A program made the translations under genes and the position numbers. A stretch of DNA of 64,000 bases, from assembly GCA_964483035.1 (NCBI GenBank), contig CAYZZS010000002.1:24872-88871 (forward strand). The letters run 5' to 3'. The notes beneath the pieces are model-generated. The model was not told the origin of the DNA, ran no database searches, and saw nothing but the letters and a program-made list of their open reading frames with translations. Positions 28,016 through 37,227 of this stretch are shown piece by piece (position 1 is the stretch's first letter; every line of letters begins with the position of its first letter). This DNA is from an uncultured Candidatus Saccharibacteria bacterium (GTDB lineage Bacteria > Patescibacteriota > Saccharimonadia > Saccharimonadales > CAYZZS01).

Positions 28016-29506
28016 ATGTCAGCATCACATCACCATCCCGAAACACACCACAATGTACCGCCGGTCGTGGCGGAATATATGAGCACGCATCGCCACAAAG
28101 AGCTGTATAACGATGTAATGTATGCCGGCTGGGCTGAAAAGACCAAGATAGGCAAGGATGGGCAGCCGATGCCGTTCTCAGAGGATGCCGTATATGCCTT
28201 TGTTGACCAAGAGTCAGGCAATGGTATATACGGTGTTTTTGATGGTGCCGGCGGCATGGATGATGGCAGGGGCGCTTCCGAAGCGGCCCGCCAGTATCTT
28301 CATGAGTACGCCATGCAGCACGGTGATACGGTGCCATCGAATCCGCGCCAGAACATTGAAAACATAGTAGAAGAGATGGTAGACAGGGTGGCTGCGGTGA
28401 GTAAAGGCGCTACTACCGGCGTGATTGCGATGGTGCATAAGGACCGAGAGGGCGGACAGAAGCTCGCTTGGGCGGGGGTGGGTGACTCGCTGCTATTTGT
28501 TATCAGAGGAGGCAGGGCATATCAGCTGAACCGCGAAGAGACGCAGCGGCAGGAGATGTTGGAGCAAGGAAAGTCCGAGGCAGAGGCAGATAGGCATGGG
28601 AATGTTATTACAAACGCGCTCGGCTCTGATACTTACACAGGGTTAAATCAAACTGATGTTATCCAGCTCTATCCCGGCGACCAGATTTTGTTAGTGTCGG
28701 ATGGAGTAACCGGTGATACCTCGAAGCAGCGGTTGCGCGGCGGAGATAATATGGCGGCCATAGAAGAGGTAATGAACGCACCGCATGCGACGCCGCAGCA
28801 AAAGGCCGAGGCGCTGATTGAGGCCGCAACCAAGAATGATGACCGTAGCGCCATGATTATTCAGATTGACGGGCCGCAACCTTCGGCAGAGGCGGTCCGC
28901 GAAGGTGATCGGAGCAGTCAGCGTGTCGGTAGGGCAAGTGGCGTTGTTGCGGTCGGTAGTCTTCTAGAGTCGGTTCCGGTTAATGAGCGGAAGGTCGCCC
29001 ATACGATGCGCGAGTATCAATTACACCGTGGCGCCTTGAAGTTGCCAGAAGAGGCCGTAATGGATATTGGTAAGGCGCGCGAGGAGTATGGCGTCAATGG
29101 TATGGTGCTTGCTGAGATTACGCTACCGGCTGCTGAGCATAGTCAGTCTGAACCAAAGATTGGCCTGGTTGATTTTGGGGCGCTAGCTACTGAGCGGCCG
29201 ACTCCTGTTAAGTATGTTGACGGTAGACCGGCCGAGGAGTTGGGCGTAACACACTCGCGGTACGCCCTCATAGCTTTAAATTATATGGGCGAGGGTGACC
29301 GCGCTCCATTCCTGGAGTTAAGCAAGGCTGAAATGACCATTGGTCGTCAAAATATACACCCCATGCTGGGGCTTACGAGTACGCCAGACGGTTCACTGAT
29401 TTCCCGGAGGCACTTTACCGTTGAGCAGAGTGAGGACGGAAAGGGGTTAACGATCAGGGATCACTCCACCAACGGAACACGTATCAAGGTTGCAGCCCGC
29501 GGTTAG
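28016..29506 (+). CDS. PP2C-family Ser/Thr protein phosphatase fused to C-terminal FHA domain
   Basis: PP2C motifs (GVFDGAGG, LLVSDGV, metal-binding D residues); C-terminal FHA signature (TIGRQ...SRRHFTV...RDHSTNGTRI). Confidence 0.8.
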   Translation: MSASHHHPETHHNVPPVVAEYMSTHRHKELYNDVMYAGWAEKTKIGKDGQPMPFSEDAVYAFVDQESGNGIYGVFDGAGGMDDGRGASEAARQYLHEYAMQHGDTVPSNPRQNIENIVEEMVDRVAAVSKGATTGVIAMVHKDREGGQKLAWAGVGDSLLFVIRGGRAYQLNREETQRQEMLEQGKSEAEADRHGNVITNALGSDTYTGLNQTDVIQLYPGDQILLVSDGVTGDTSKQRLRGGDNMAAIEEVMNAPHATPQQKAEALIEAATKNDDRSAMIIQIDGPQPSAEAVREGDRSSQRVGRASGVVAVGSLLESVPVNERKVAHTMREYQLHRGALKLPEEAVMDIGKAREEYGVNGMVLAEITLPAAEHSQSEPKIGLVDFGALATERPTPVKYVDGRPAEELGVTHSRYALIALNYMGEGDRAPFLELSKAEMTIGRQNIHPMLGLTSTPDGSLISRRHFTVEQSEDGKGLTIRDHSTNGTRIKVAARG

Positions 29507-29534
29507 CGCCTCGGTGTTGAGTTCACCATCGCTT

Positions 29535-29564
29535 AAAACAAAAACCGGCCGATGGCCGGTTTTG
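29535..29564. terminator. Bidirectional intrinsic terminator between convergent PP2C-FHA and rpmA genes
   Basis: AAAACAAAAA-ACCGGCC-GAT-GGCCGGT-TTTT: GC stem flanked by an A-run and a T-run. Confidence 0.6.
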
Positions 29565-29591
29565 TCGTAAATTGAATACTTACGTAAAGTC

Positions 29592-29864
29592 CTACTCGAC
29601 CGTTACTTCGGTGCGGTTGACACTTTTGCCGGTAAAGAGGCGAACGCGGCGGCTCGTGTACTTCACTACACCGTCCCGTGTTGCGTGGATCGTGAAGTTG
29701 CGGCTGAGCATGGTGCCTTTGCCGGCACGCTTAGTCATGCCTACCTGACGAACGATTACCTGACCATTGCGAACTTTCTGACCACCATATAGCTTGACAC
29801 CCAGTCTCTGGCCGGGGCTGTCGTGGACGTTTTTACTGCTACCACCTGCTTTAACTTTTGCCAT
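29592..29864 (-). CDS. rpmA: 50S ribosomal protein L27
   Basis: MAKVKAGGSSKN..D..GQRLGVK..GGQ.V..G.VIVRQ.G signature of bL27. Confidence 0.9.
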   Translation of the reverse strand: MAKVKAGGSSKNVHDSPGQRLGVKLYGGQKVRNGQVIVRQVGMTKRAGKGTMLSRNFTIHATRDGVVKYTSRRVRLFTGKSVNRTEVTVE

Positions 29865-29866
29865 AC

Positions 29867-31075
29867 TTACTTCCTTATTAGTACTACAAGTTCACGGGCG
29901 ACCGTTTGGCCGGGACGATGATAGATGAGATCCTCATCACTAACGTGAACAAAACTTAGACGAGTATAGCCTAATTCCGCTAAATTATCAAGGGTTTTGA
30001 GGTGTTTGAAGCCATTATTTGTCCTCCAGGCAGGAACAGCGATGCACAGGCGGAATCCCGGCTTGGTTTGCTTCGCGACATTCCGGAGAAATTTCTTGTG
30101 AATCAGATTGACGTCATGTATGACTTCGGTAAGTGTTTCGGGATCCGGCTCGCTGCTGAAGGGTCGACCGAGATAGGTCTCGCAGGCGATAAAGTCAGGC
30201 AGCGGCGACCACTGCAGCTCGGTAGCGTCACCGGTTTGCAGCTGGTAGTAACGTTTATCGGGCGAGTGGGGGATTGCTCGGCCCTTGTCTAAGGTGAGCA
30301 GCCATTGCAAATTTTCATCAGTATAATCAACCATTCGCTGATCCAGGTCGCTGCCCATAATGTCGTAACCCATCAGACTGGCTTCTTGTAGCACAACCCC
30401 AGTACCACAGAATGGGTCAAGGACGGTCGCACCTTTCTCCGGACCGGTCGAACCGACGGCAAGATTGATTATGATCTGTGCGAGCTTGGGCGGCAGCATG
30501 CCGACCTTAGCATCGCGCTTGGGGCGCTTCTGGTCGCGGGCGGCATAGGCTTCAATGTCTTGTTCGGCGGTGGTGCGGGCGATGATGGTTTGATTGCGGG
30601 TGCGCACAAACACTAGCTCCCAGCCCATTGGTCCGGTTAGGTTGTTGTGCAGGACCTGGGCGCTATTAAGGGCCGGGGACTTGTTCGGTACGATGCGCAC
30701 GGAGCGACCGGTGGCTCTGATGGCCTTCTTGACTTTCAGGCCGGTAGCAAGCAGCGGCTTCAGTCCGACCGCCAGGTTGTAAACACTTAAGCCGATGCTT
30801 AATTTACCGTCACCGGACAATAAGGCAGCGTGTTCCGGAGTTGTATCAATCAGGAACTGTTCGATCTCCTTCCAGTTCGTCGTATCCAGCCGAGTCAGGA
30901 CTTGTGTGAGCTTGACGCTGCCGCCAAGGCGCGTGAAATCAATTTTGTCCGGTGCCATTTGCAGCAGCACAGCCTGGTCATTTACTGGTGTGATGAGCTT
31001 GCCTCCATAAAGGCTCTCGAGCTCGGCGATACCAAGGGCTGGCTGGCGGCCAAGAATGATTAAACTTTGATCCAT
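29867..31075 (-). CDS. Putative RNA methyltransferase (UPF0020/Trm14-RlmL-like Rossmann domain with THUMP-like N-terminal region)
   Basis: VLDPFCGTGV motif I; roughly 190-aa N-terminal non-catalytic domain; motif IV diverged (CETY in place of D/NPPY). Confidence 0.5.
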   Translation of the reverse strand: MDQSLIILGRQPALGIAELESLYGGKLITPVNDQAVLLQMAPDKIDFTRLGGSVKLTQVLTRLDTTNWKEIEQFLIDTTPEHAALLSGDGKLSIGLSVYNLAVGLKPLLATGLKVKKAIRATGRSVRIVPNKSPALNSAQVLHNNLTGPMGWELVFVRTRNQTIIARTTAEQDIEAYAARDQKRPKRDAKVGMLPPKLAQIIINLAVGSTGPEKGATVLDPFCGTGVVLQEASLMGYDIMGSDLDQRMVDYTDENLQWLLTLDKGRAIPHSPDKRYYQLQTGDATELQWSPLPDFIACETYLGRPFSSEPDPETLTEVIHDVNLIHKKFLRNVAKQTKPGFRLCIAVPAWRTNNGFKHLKTLDNLAELGYTRLSFVHVSDEDLIYHRPGQTVARELVVLIRK

Positions 31076-31156
31076 GTTCTGTGTAAGTATACCTGATAGC
31101 CACGGTCAACAATGCGCCGGAATAAGGTTAGCGGGCAGTTCTGTATAATTTAGCCC

Positions 31157-32215
31157 ATGAACCGCGTGAATTCGTACATCAGGCACAACTGGCGGCTGGT
31201 CGTGACAGTGCTGACTTTTGTAGCACTAGCCGGGCTGGTTTACGTGGTGCGTAACGATATCCTTGATACGGTGCGCAATCTAAATGACGTCAATACGTGG
31301 GCACTACTGCTATTACTGCCCGTGCAAGTGGTAAATTATGTTGCCCAGACTAAGCTGCACTTGTCATTCTTCCGGGCGCTCGGCGCCAAGTTCACATTCT
31401 GGCACATGCTAAAGGTTATGCTAGAGCTCAACTTCGTTAATAACCTGTTTCCGAGCGGCGGTGTTTCCGGGATTTCGTACTTCGGGTTGCGCCTTCGGCA
31501 AAAGGGGGTGAGCGGCACCAAGTCAACGCTGGTGCAGATCATGAAATTCGGCTTCATTTTTATTTCATTCCAGGCTCTACTGGGTGTCGGACTGCTGTTT
31601 TTGGCAGCTGAGGGTCAGGCTAACAATTTCCTGCTGCTGGTGTCAGGCTCGATCTTTACACTGCTGCTGGTTGGGACGGCCGCTACGGCATTTATTATCG
31701 GCAGCGAGCGGCGTATCAATGCGTTCTTTACGTACATCACGCGGGCGCTGAACCGGATGATACGGGTTGTGCGCCCCGGAAAGCCGGAGACTATTAACAT
31801 TGGCCGGGTTAGGGAAATCTTCACTAACCTGCATAAAAATTATGTCGTCATCCGTTCGGACTGGCGCAAGCTTGGGTGGCCTCTGTGGCATGCTTTTTTG
31901 GCAAACCTGACCGAAGTGCTGACAATATACGTGGTCTACATCGCGTTTGGGGAGTGGGTGAATTTCGGAGCGGTAATTATTGCCTATGCGGTAGCCAACT
32001 TTGCCGGGTTTATTTCAGTACTGCCCGGCGGCGTAGGGATTTACGAGGTGCTCATGACCTCGGTTCTGGCAGCAGCGGGAGTGTCGCCGGCGGTCAGTAT
32101 TCCGGTGATCATCATGTATCGGGTGTTGAGTATGCTGATCCAGCTGCCACCAGGATACTTCTTTTATCAGAAAGCCATTAGGGAGCAGCCTAAGGTGCGG
32201 ATGCAGCATGGATAA
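31157..32215 (+). CDS. UPF0104 / lysylphosphatidylglycerol-synthase TM-region-like integral membrane protein
   Basis: Roughly 8 TM helices, length and hydropathy pattern of the MprF flippase-like domain family. Confidence 0.5.
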   Translation: MNRVNSYIRHNWRLVVTVLTFVALAGLVYVVRNDILDTVRNLNDVNTWALLLLLPVQVVNYVAQTKLHLSFFRALGAKFTFWHMLKVMLELNFVNNLFPSGGVSGISYFGLRLRQKGVSGTKSTLVQIMKFGFIFISFQALLGVGLLFLAAEGQANNFLLLVSGSIFTLLLVGTAATAFIIGSERRINAFFTYITRALNRMIRVVRPGKPETINIGRVREIFTNLHKNYVVIRSDWRKLGWPLWHAFLANLTEVLTIYVVYIAFGEWVNFGAVIIAYAVANFAGFISVLPGGVGIYEVLMTSVLAAAGVSPAVSIPVIIMYRVLSMLIQLPPGYFFYQKAIREQPKVRMQHG

Positions 32216-33347
32216 CTTAGAGATCAAGCTGGCTCCGGTCGATTTCGTCGCACTGCTCAATCAGACCATGGAGTACGCCTACCCCAGCGTAACCATTGTG
32301 GGTGAGCTGGCCAACTTTCGGGTCAGCAAGAATCGGTGGGTGTATTTTGATCTGAAGGACGAGTATGCCAGCGTTAAGTTTTTTGGCACCGTGTACATGC
32401 TGCCGGGGCCGCTGGAGGATGGCATGCTGCTTGAGGTGGCTGGCTCTCCCAGACTACATCCGCAGTACGGCTTTAGTGTGAACATTCAGAGTTTGCAGCC
32501 GGTAGGCGAAGGCTCAATCCGCCGAGCGGCAGCACTGCTGCAGGCTAAGCTGGAGGCGGAGGGGCTGTTTGATCCGAACCGTAAGCGGCCGTTGCCGTAT
32601 CCTCCTGAGCGAATTGGGTTGATAACTTCCAAGGAATCGGCAGCCTATGCCGACTTTATCAAGATTATGAACGAGCGGTGGGCGGGCGTGCGTATTGAGC
32701 TCCTGGATGTGCAGGTGCAGGGTGAGGCGGCAGTAGCGCAGATTACGGCAGCTATCGAGCACTTCAATCAGCAGCCCACTCCGCCGGAAGTTCTGGTGTT
32801 GACGCGGGGCGGCGGCAGTCCGGAGGATCTGGCGGCTTTCAGTACGGAGCAGGTAACGAGGGCAGTGGCGGGCAGTCGTATTCCGACCCTGGTGGCTATC
32901 GGGCACGAAATCGATATTAGCTTGGCGGAGCTGGCAGCTGATCAGCGGGCCAGCACGCCGTCAAACGCCGCGCAGCTTCTCGTGCCAGATAAGGCGGCCG
33001 TAAGCGCTCAGCTTACTTCGGTAAAGTCCCGGCTGGATCAGTTGCTCTCGGCAGCTGTTGGCGACAAGAGACAGCTTGTCACGGCGCGTGCTAAAGAGCT
33101 GCATGATGCGGCGGAGCGGATTGTATACACCTTGCGCCATGAGCTGAAGTTGCAGCACCAGTTGCTTGAGGCATTGAGTCCCTTGTCTGCCATGCAGCGC
33201 GGTTACGCGATTATCCGTGCCGAAGGCGGTGATGTGGTCCGCTCAGTCAAGCGGCTACAGCCGGACATGGACGTCACATTGCTGCTGCATGACGGATCGG
33301 CCCGGGCAAGCATAAGTAGCATCGAACCTAAAAACCCTTTAGACTGA
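32208..33347 (+). CDS. xseA: Exodeoxyribonuclease VII large subunit
   Basis: OB-fold N-terminus plus catalytic core (LTRGGGS.EDL, AIGHEIDISLAE...AADQRASTPS). Confidence 0.85.
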   Translation: MDNLEIKLAPVDFVALLNQTMEYAYPSVTIVGELANFRVSKNRWVYFDLKDEYASVKFFGTVYMLPGPLEDGMLLEVAGSPRLHPQYGFSVNIQSLQPVGEGSIRRAAALLQAKLEAEGLFDPNRKRPLPYPPERIGLITSKESAAYADFIKIMNERWAGVRIELLDVQVQGEAAVAQITAAIEHFNQQPTPPEVLVLTRGGGSPEDLAAFSTEQVTRAVAGSRIPTLVAIGHEIDISLAELAADQRASTPSNAAQLLVPDKAAVSAQLTSVKSRLDQLLSAAVGDKRQLVTARAKELHDAAERIVYTLRHELKLQHQLLEALSPLSAMQRGYAIIRAEGGDVVRSVKRLQPDMDVTLLLHDGSARASISSIEPKNPLD

Positions 33348-33370
33348 CTCCTGTAACTGGGAGACAGCGC

Positions 33371-33862
33371 ATGGAGACACCGGCACACTATCCGTCCGAA
33401 GAATCTGATCAGCAGCCACGGCCATATTCTGCATTTAGGCTCGCAAAACGGATACTTGAGCATATGGTCTGGCTGTATAACGACAGCGAGTACGTCACGG
33501 TAGATCCAAGCGGACAGTACAGAATTTCAGATGAAATCAAGCCCAAACTGACCGAATTTCGTCTGCCAAGCGATGTTGTATCTGACGAGGGTGAAGTTCC
33601 TGAGCTTTTGCACCACAAGCTAATTATTGACGGTCCGTTGAATTTCGCCACCGAGTCCGATGGGCCGGTGTTGCAAGAAGCTGATGAGCTTAGTTTGCGG
33701 TTAGTGTCGTGGCAGGGCAACGGACAGAATGACGCCGTTGTGGAGAGCTTGGGGGTGGTACGGAATGAGCCGGGTAGTACAGTCGAGCATCAGCATCAGG
33801 AGGCGTTGATATCGCACTTAGAGGATGCCGCGCGCCGAAGTGGTGTCGGTTTGCCGGAATAA
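33371..33862 (+). CDS. Hypothetical acidic protein inserted between xseA and xseB
   Basis: 163-aa ORF, no recognised motifs. Confidence 0.4.
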   Translation: METPAHYPSEESDQQPRPYSAFRLAKRILEHMVWLYNDSEYVTVDPSGQYRISDEIKPKLTEFRLPSDVVSDEGEVPELLHHKLIIDGPLNFATESDGPVLQEADELSLRLVSWQGNGQNDAVVESLGVVRNEPGSTVEHQHQEALISHLEDAARRSGVGLPE

Positions 33863-33879
33863 TCGCATATAATAAGGCT

Positions 33880-34074
33880 ATGGCAAAAAAGCAAGTATCC
33901 TACCGGGAGTTAAACGCGGAGTTGGAGCAAATTCTGGCTGATTTACAGGCCGACGGCATTGAAGTCGATCAGGCGATCAAGCAGTATGAGCGCGGCGTAG
34001 AGATCGTCAAGCAGCTCGAGACGCATCTCGCCGAAGCAGAGAATAAGATTACCCAGGTAAAGAACGGCCGCTAA
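33880..34074 (+). CDS. xseB: Exodeoxyribonuclease VII small subunit
   Basis: 64-aa helical protein, SYRELNAELEQIL...QYERGVEIVKQLETHL pattern of XseB. Confidence 0.85.
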   Translation: MAKKQVSYRELNAELEQILADLQADGIEVDQAIKQYERGVEIVKQLETHLAEAENKITQVKNGR

Positions 34075-34078
34075 GCAG

Positions 34079-34570
34079 ATGATAGAGGTCGCGGTCCTGG
34101 TAATCGCCGGCTTGGTATTGATATTTGGATTCGTGGTGGCTTTCGGGGCGCCGTACTTACCGACCATGCAAAAACAGACTGAAGCCGCGCTTGAGCTGCT
34201 GGATCTGAAGCCGGGGCAGACCTTGCTGGAGCTTGGCTGCGGTGACGGCCGGGTGCTGCGGGCGGCGGCGGAGCGTGGTATTTACGGCGTCGGCTATGAA
34301 CTCAATCCGCTGCTGGTACTTGCTGCAAAGTGCATGACTTTCAAATACCGAAAATCGGTCAAGATCCGCTGGGGGAATTACTGGCGGGCAGAGTGGCCGG
34401 AAACCGACGGCATATTCGTGTTTCTGCTAGACAAATACATGGGAAAATTGGATAAAAATATTACTCAAAGATATCGTGGTAAAAAAGTAAAGCTAGCCAG
34501 TATCGCCTTTAAGATTCCTGGCAGAGAGCCGGCCAAGTCGCGCAGCGGCGTCTTTATGTACCAATATTAA
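34079..34570 (+). CDS. Small class I SAM-dependent methyltransferase with N-terminal TM helix
   Basis: LLELGCGDGRV motif I, acidic motif II (GYEL). Confidence 0.55.
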   Translation: MIEVAVLVIAGLVLIFGFVVAFGAPYLPTMQKQTEAALELLDLKPGQTLLELGCGDGRVLRAAAERGIYGVGYELNPLLVLAAKCMTFKYRKSVKIRWGNYWRAEWPETDGIFVFLLDKYMGKLDKNITQRYRGKKVKLASIAFKIPGREPAKSRSGVFMYQY

Positions 34571-34592
34571 TTGTTGTGTTACCATTACCGAT

Positions 34593-35258
34593 ATGAATAG
34601 AACGCCTCTTAACCAGCGTGGCGGCGTAATGATGACCGTCGCCTTCGCGGTGACACTAATGCTGCTGGTAGCTGCCTCCGGTTTCGGTATTTGGGCTTAT
34701 CTGGGCATGGAAGATTATAAGACCAATGCGGATCAGAAGATTGCCGAGGCGGTGAAGGTAGCGGAAGAGCGGAAGTCAGCAGAGAAAGACGCGCAGTTCC
34801 TGGAGCAGGAAAAGCTGCCATTCAAACTGTACCAGGGCCCGGCGGCATATGGCAGCCTGGCAATTCAGTACCCCAAGACTTGGAGTGCATTTGTCAGCGA
34901 GAAAGATAGCGGCAGTACGCCGATAGAAGGGTACTTTCACCCGAACTACGTGCCGGGTATTCACCGCGATAATAGCTATGCGCTAAGAGTGGAGGTGTCG
35001 AACACCAGCTATGCGGACGAGCTCAAGCGGTTTGATTCAGCCGTGAAACAGGGCAAGGCAACGGTGCAGGCGTATGTATCGCAGTCTTCGCCGTCTACTG
35101 TCGGCGCACGTATTGACGGTGAGATTGCCAGCAAGAAACAGGGCGCGATGGTCATGCTGCCACTGAGGGACAAGACGCTCAAAATGTGGACGGAGTCAGA
35201 GCAGTTCAAAGGAGATTTTGACGGTATTATCCTGAAGAATTTTGGGTTTACTCCCTAA
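34593..35258 (+). CDS. Hypothetical membrane-anchored protein
   Basis: N-terminal signal-anchor TM; no known motif. Confidence 0.45.
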   Translation: MNRTPLNQRGGVMMTVAFAVTLMLLVAASGFGIWAYLGMEDYKTNADQKIAEAVKVAEERKSAEKDAQFLEQEKLPFKLYQGPAAYGSLAIQYPKTWSAFVSEKDSGSTPIEGYFHPNYVPGIHRDNSYALRVEVSNTSYADELKRFDSAVKQGKATVQAYVSQSSPSTVGARIDGEIASKKQGAMVMLPLRDKTLKMWTESEQFKGDFDGIILKNFGFTP

Positions 35259-35347
35259 GGACGGCTGATTGACCGCCAGGAATCGGTAGTATTTGCACAG
35301 TTTCCGGCAAAACTTTATACTGCTACACAGTATTAAGGAGGGTAACG

Positions 35348-36076
35348 GTGCTGCAAGACCAGGAATCGTTTGCCGCAGGCTCAGCGCAGCTATTGATGGC
35401 GTTGGCCGAGCAGATGAAGGTTCCATTTTTGCACATTGCCCGCCGTGCTGAGCTTTGCAATCTGGCGATTGATGCCGATCCGGAGGCGGAGCTTCAGTAT
35501 ATTGAACGTTCGGCGAATGCGGCACTACAGCTGATTGATGGCTACTTGCTGGGTATGCGGCTGATGAAGGGGCAGCTTTCTCTGGAATTGGAGCCGGTTT
35601 CGGTGAGTTCCGTACTGCACGATGCGGCTCACACGCTTTCCAGCTACGCCAAGGATTACGAAGTGTCACTGCGGTTAGATATCAGGGGTAAGTACGGCCC
35701 GGTTATGGCTGAGCGCTCGGCACTGATGACAGCACTGACAAGTCTAGGCCAGGTATTTATCGAGGCGCAGAGCCAGCGTGAGTCGGAGCTGCTGCAGCTG
35801 ACATTGGGCGCCCATCGGACCAGTGACGGCGGTATTGCTGCCGGAGTATTTGGTGACCTGGATGGCATGAGCGCTGATATGTACCGGCGAGCCCGGCAGT
35901 TGTATGGCCGATCAAGACAGCCAATGAGCGGTGTTACGTCATCGACGGGTGCCGGCATATTCGTGGCGGATACGATTTTCAATGCGTTTTCCGCTCGGCT
36001 CCGGGTTGCTCGACATAATAATTTATCCGGCCTGGCGGCAACGCTGCTGCCCAGTCGTCAGCTTTCACTTGTATAG
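35348..36076 (+). CDS. Degenerate histidine-kinase-like protein (GHKL ATPase-like region, no recognisable H-box)
   Basis: AAGGAGGG RBS + GTG start; LSLELEPVSVSSVL...LTSLGQVFIEA resembles the N/G-box region of HK catalytic domains; precedes a receiver-like gene. Confidence 0.35.
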   Translation: MLQDQESFAAGSAQLLMALAEQMKVPFLHIARRAELCNLAIDADPEAELQYIERSANAALQLIDGYLLGMRLMKGQLSLELEPVSVSSVLHDAAHTLSSYAKDYEVSLRLDIRGKYGPVMAERSALMTALTSLGQVFIEAQSQRESELLQLTLGAHRTSDGGIAAGVFGDLDGMSADMYRRARQLYGRSRQPMSGVTSSTGAGIFVADTIFNAFSARLRVARHNNLSGLAATLLPSRQLSLV

Positions 36077-36084
36077 GTAGCAGC

Positions 36085-36468
36085 ATGGCGAACATTCTCT
36101 TAATCGAACCGGATCGTATCCTAAGCAGGCTCTATGCGGATGCCTTGCGCGCCAATGGTCATGAGGTGGCGAGCTGCCGAAGTGCTCAAGGTGCGATACA
36201 GCTTGCTGATGAGCGGCTGCCTGATTTGATTCTGCTTGAATTACAACTGCCCCGGCATAACGGAGTAGAGTTTCTCTACGAGCTCAGGTCATATACCGAG
36301 TGGCAGCGTATTCCGGTAGTCCTGCTGAGTTCTGTGCCACCGACCGAAGTGCTTTCGCCAGTGCTCTGGGATCAGCTTGGGGTAGCAGCGTATTACTACA
36401 AGCCGCGCGCTACGCTGGCCTCACTGGTGCAGGCGGTCAATAACGTGTTGCCGTTGCCGGTCACATGA
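36085..36468 (+). CDS. Pseudo-receiver (REC-fold) protein with Glu at the phospho-acceptor position
   Basis: Receiver-like LLIEPD...DLILLELQLP: canonical DD pocket reduced and phospho-Asp replaced by Glu. Confidence 0.6.
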   Translation: MANILLIEPDRILSRLYADALRANGHEVASCRSAQGAIQLADERLPDLILLELQLPRHNGVEFLYELRSYTEWQRIPVVLLSSVPPTEVLSPVLWDQLGVAAYYYKPRATLASLVQAVNNVLPLPVT

Positions 36469-37157
36469 ACCAGATCGTCACCACCGGTATTATCTTGACT
36501 CGGACAGACTTTGGGGAAGCTGACCGGATTTTGACCGTCCTGACACCGGATAACGGTAAGCTGCGGTTGATGGCTAAGGGGGTACGCCGGCTGAAAAGCA
36601 AGCTTGCCGGCAGTATCGAATTATTCAGCGTTACGAATATTACCTTCATTCGCGGCCGCGGCGATATCGGTACACTGGTGTCAGCCCGGCTGGTGCGCCA
36701 CTTTAGTACTATCGTGCATGACATCGACCGGACCATGTTGTGCTATGAGCTGATGAAGCAGCTCAACAAAGTGACCGAGGATGAGCCGGATCAGGAATAC
36801 TATCATCTGCTGGAGCATACCCTTGAAGCCATGGATGATGTGCAGCTCAGTACCGAGGTGATTAGCAGCTGGTTCCGGATGCAACTGTTGCGAATCGGCG
36901 GTCACTCGCCAAACTTGCACACCGATGCCAAGGGGCAGAAGCTAGTCCCGGATCAGCGCTACGGGTTTGATTTGGACAGTATGGCGTTCGTGCCGCTGGG
37001 GCAGGGGCGGTACCGTGCCGACCACATCAAGTATTTGCGAATCGGCTTTAGCGCTGCTCAACCACGAGTTTTGCAGCAGATTACCGGTATTGATAAGTTG
37101 CTGAAGGATACCCGAGAGCTGGTTGAGGCTATGGCGTCGCAGTATGCGCACGTATAG
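36465..37157 (+). CDS. recO: DNA repair protein RecO
   Basis: N-terminal OB-fold pattern (GIIL.R.DFGE.DRIL...T...G); overlaps the upstream stop by 4 bp. Confidence 0.75.
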   Translation: MNQIVTTGIILTRTDFGEADRILTVLTPDNGKLRLMAKGVRRLKSKLAGSIELFSVTNITFIRGRGDIGTLVSARLVRHFSTIVHDIDRTMLCYELMKQLNKVTEDEPDQEYYHLLEHTLEAMDDVQLSTEVISSWFRMQLLRIGGHSPNLHTDAKGQKLVPDQRYGFDLDSMAFVPLGQGRYRADHIKYLRIGFSAAQPRVLQQITGIDKLLKDTRELVEAMASQYAHV

Positions 37158-37227
37158 CGTACGTTTAGAGAGCTAAAGCCAGGGTGGTATTGCCTAAGTA
37201 CAGTTCTCCGTGGCAAAATAGTGCTTT

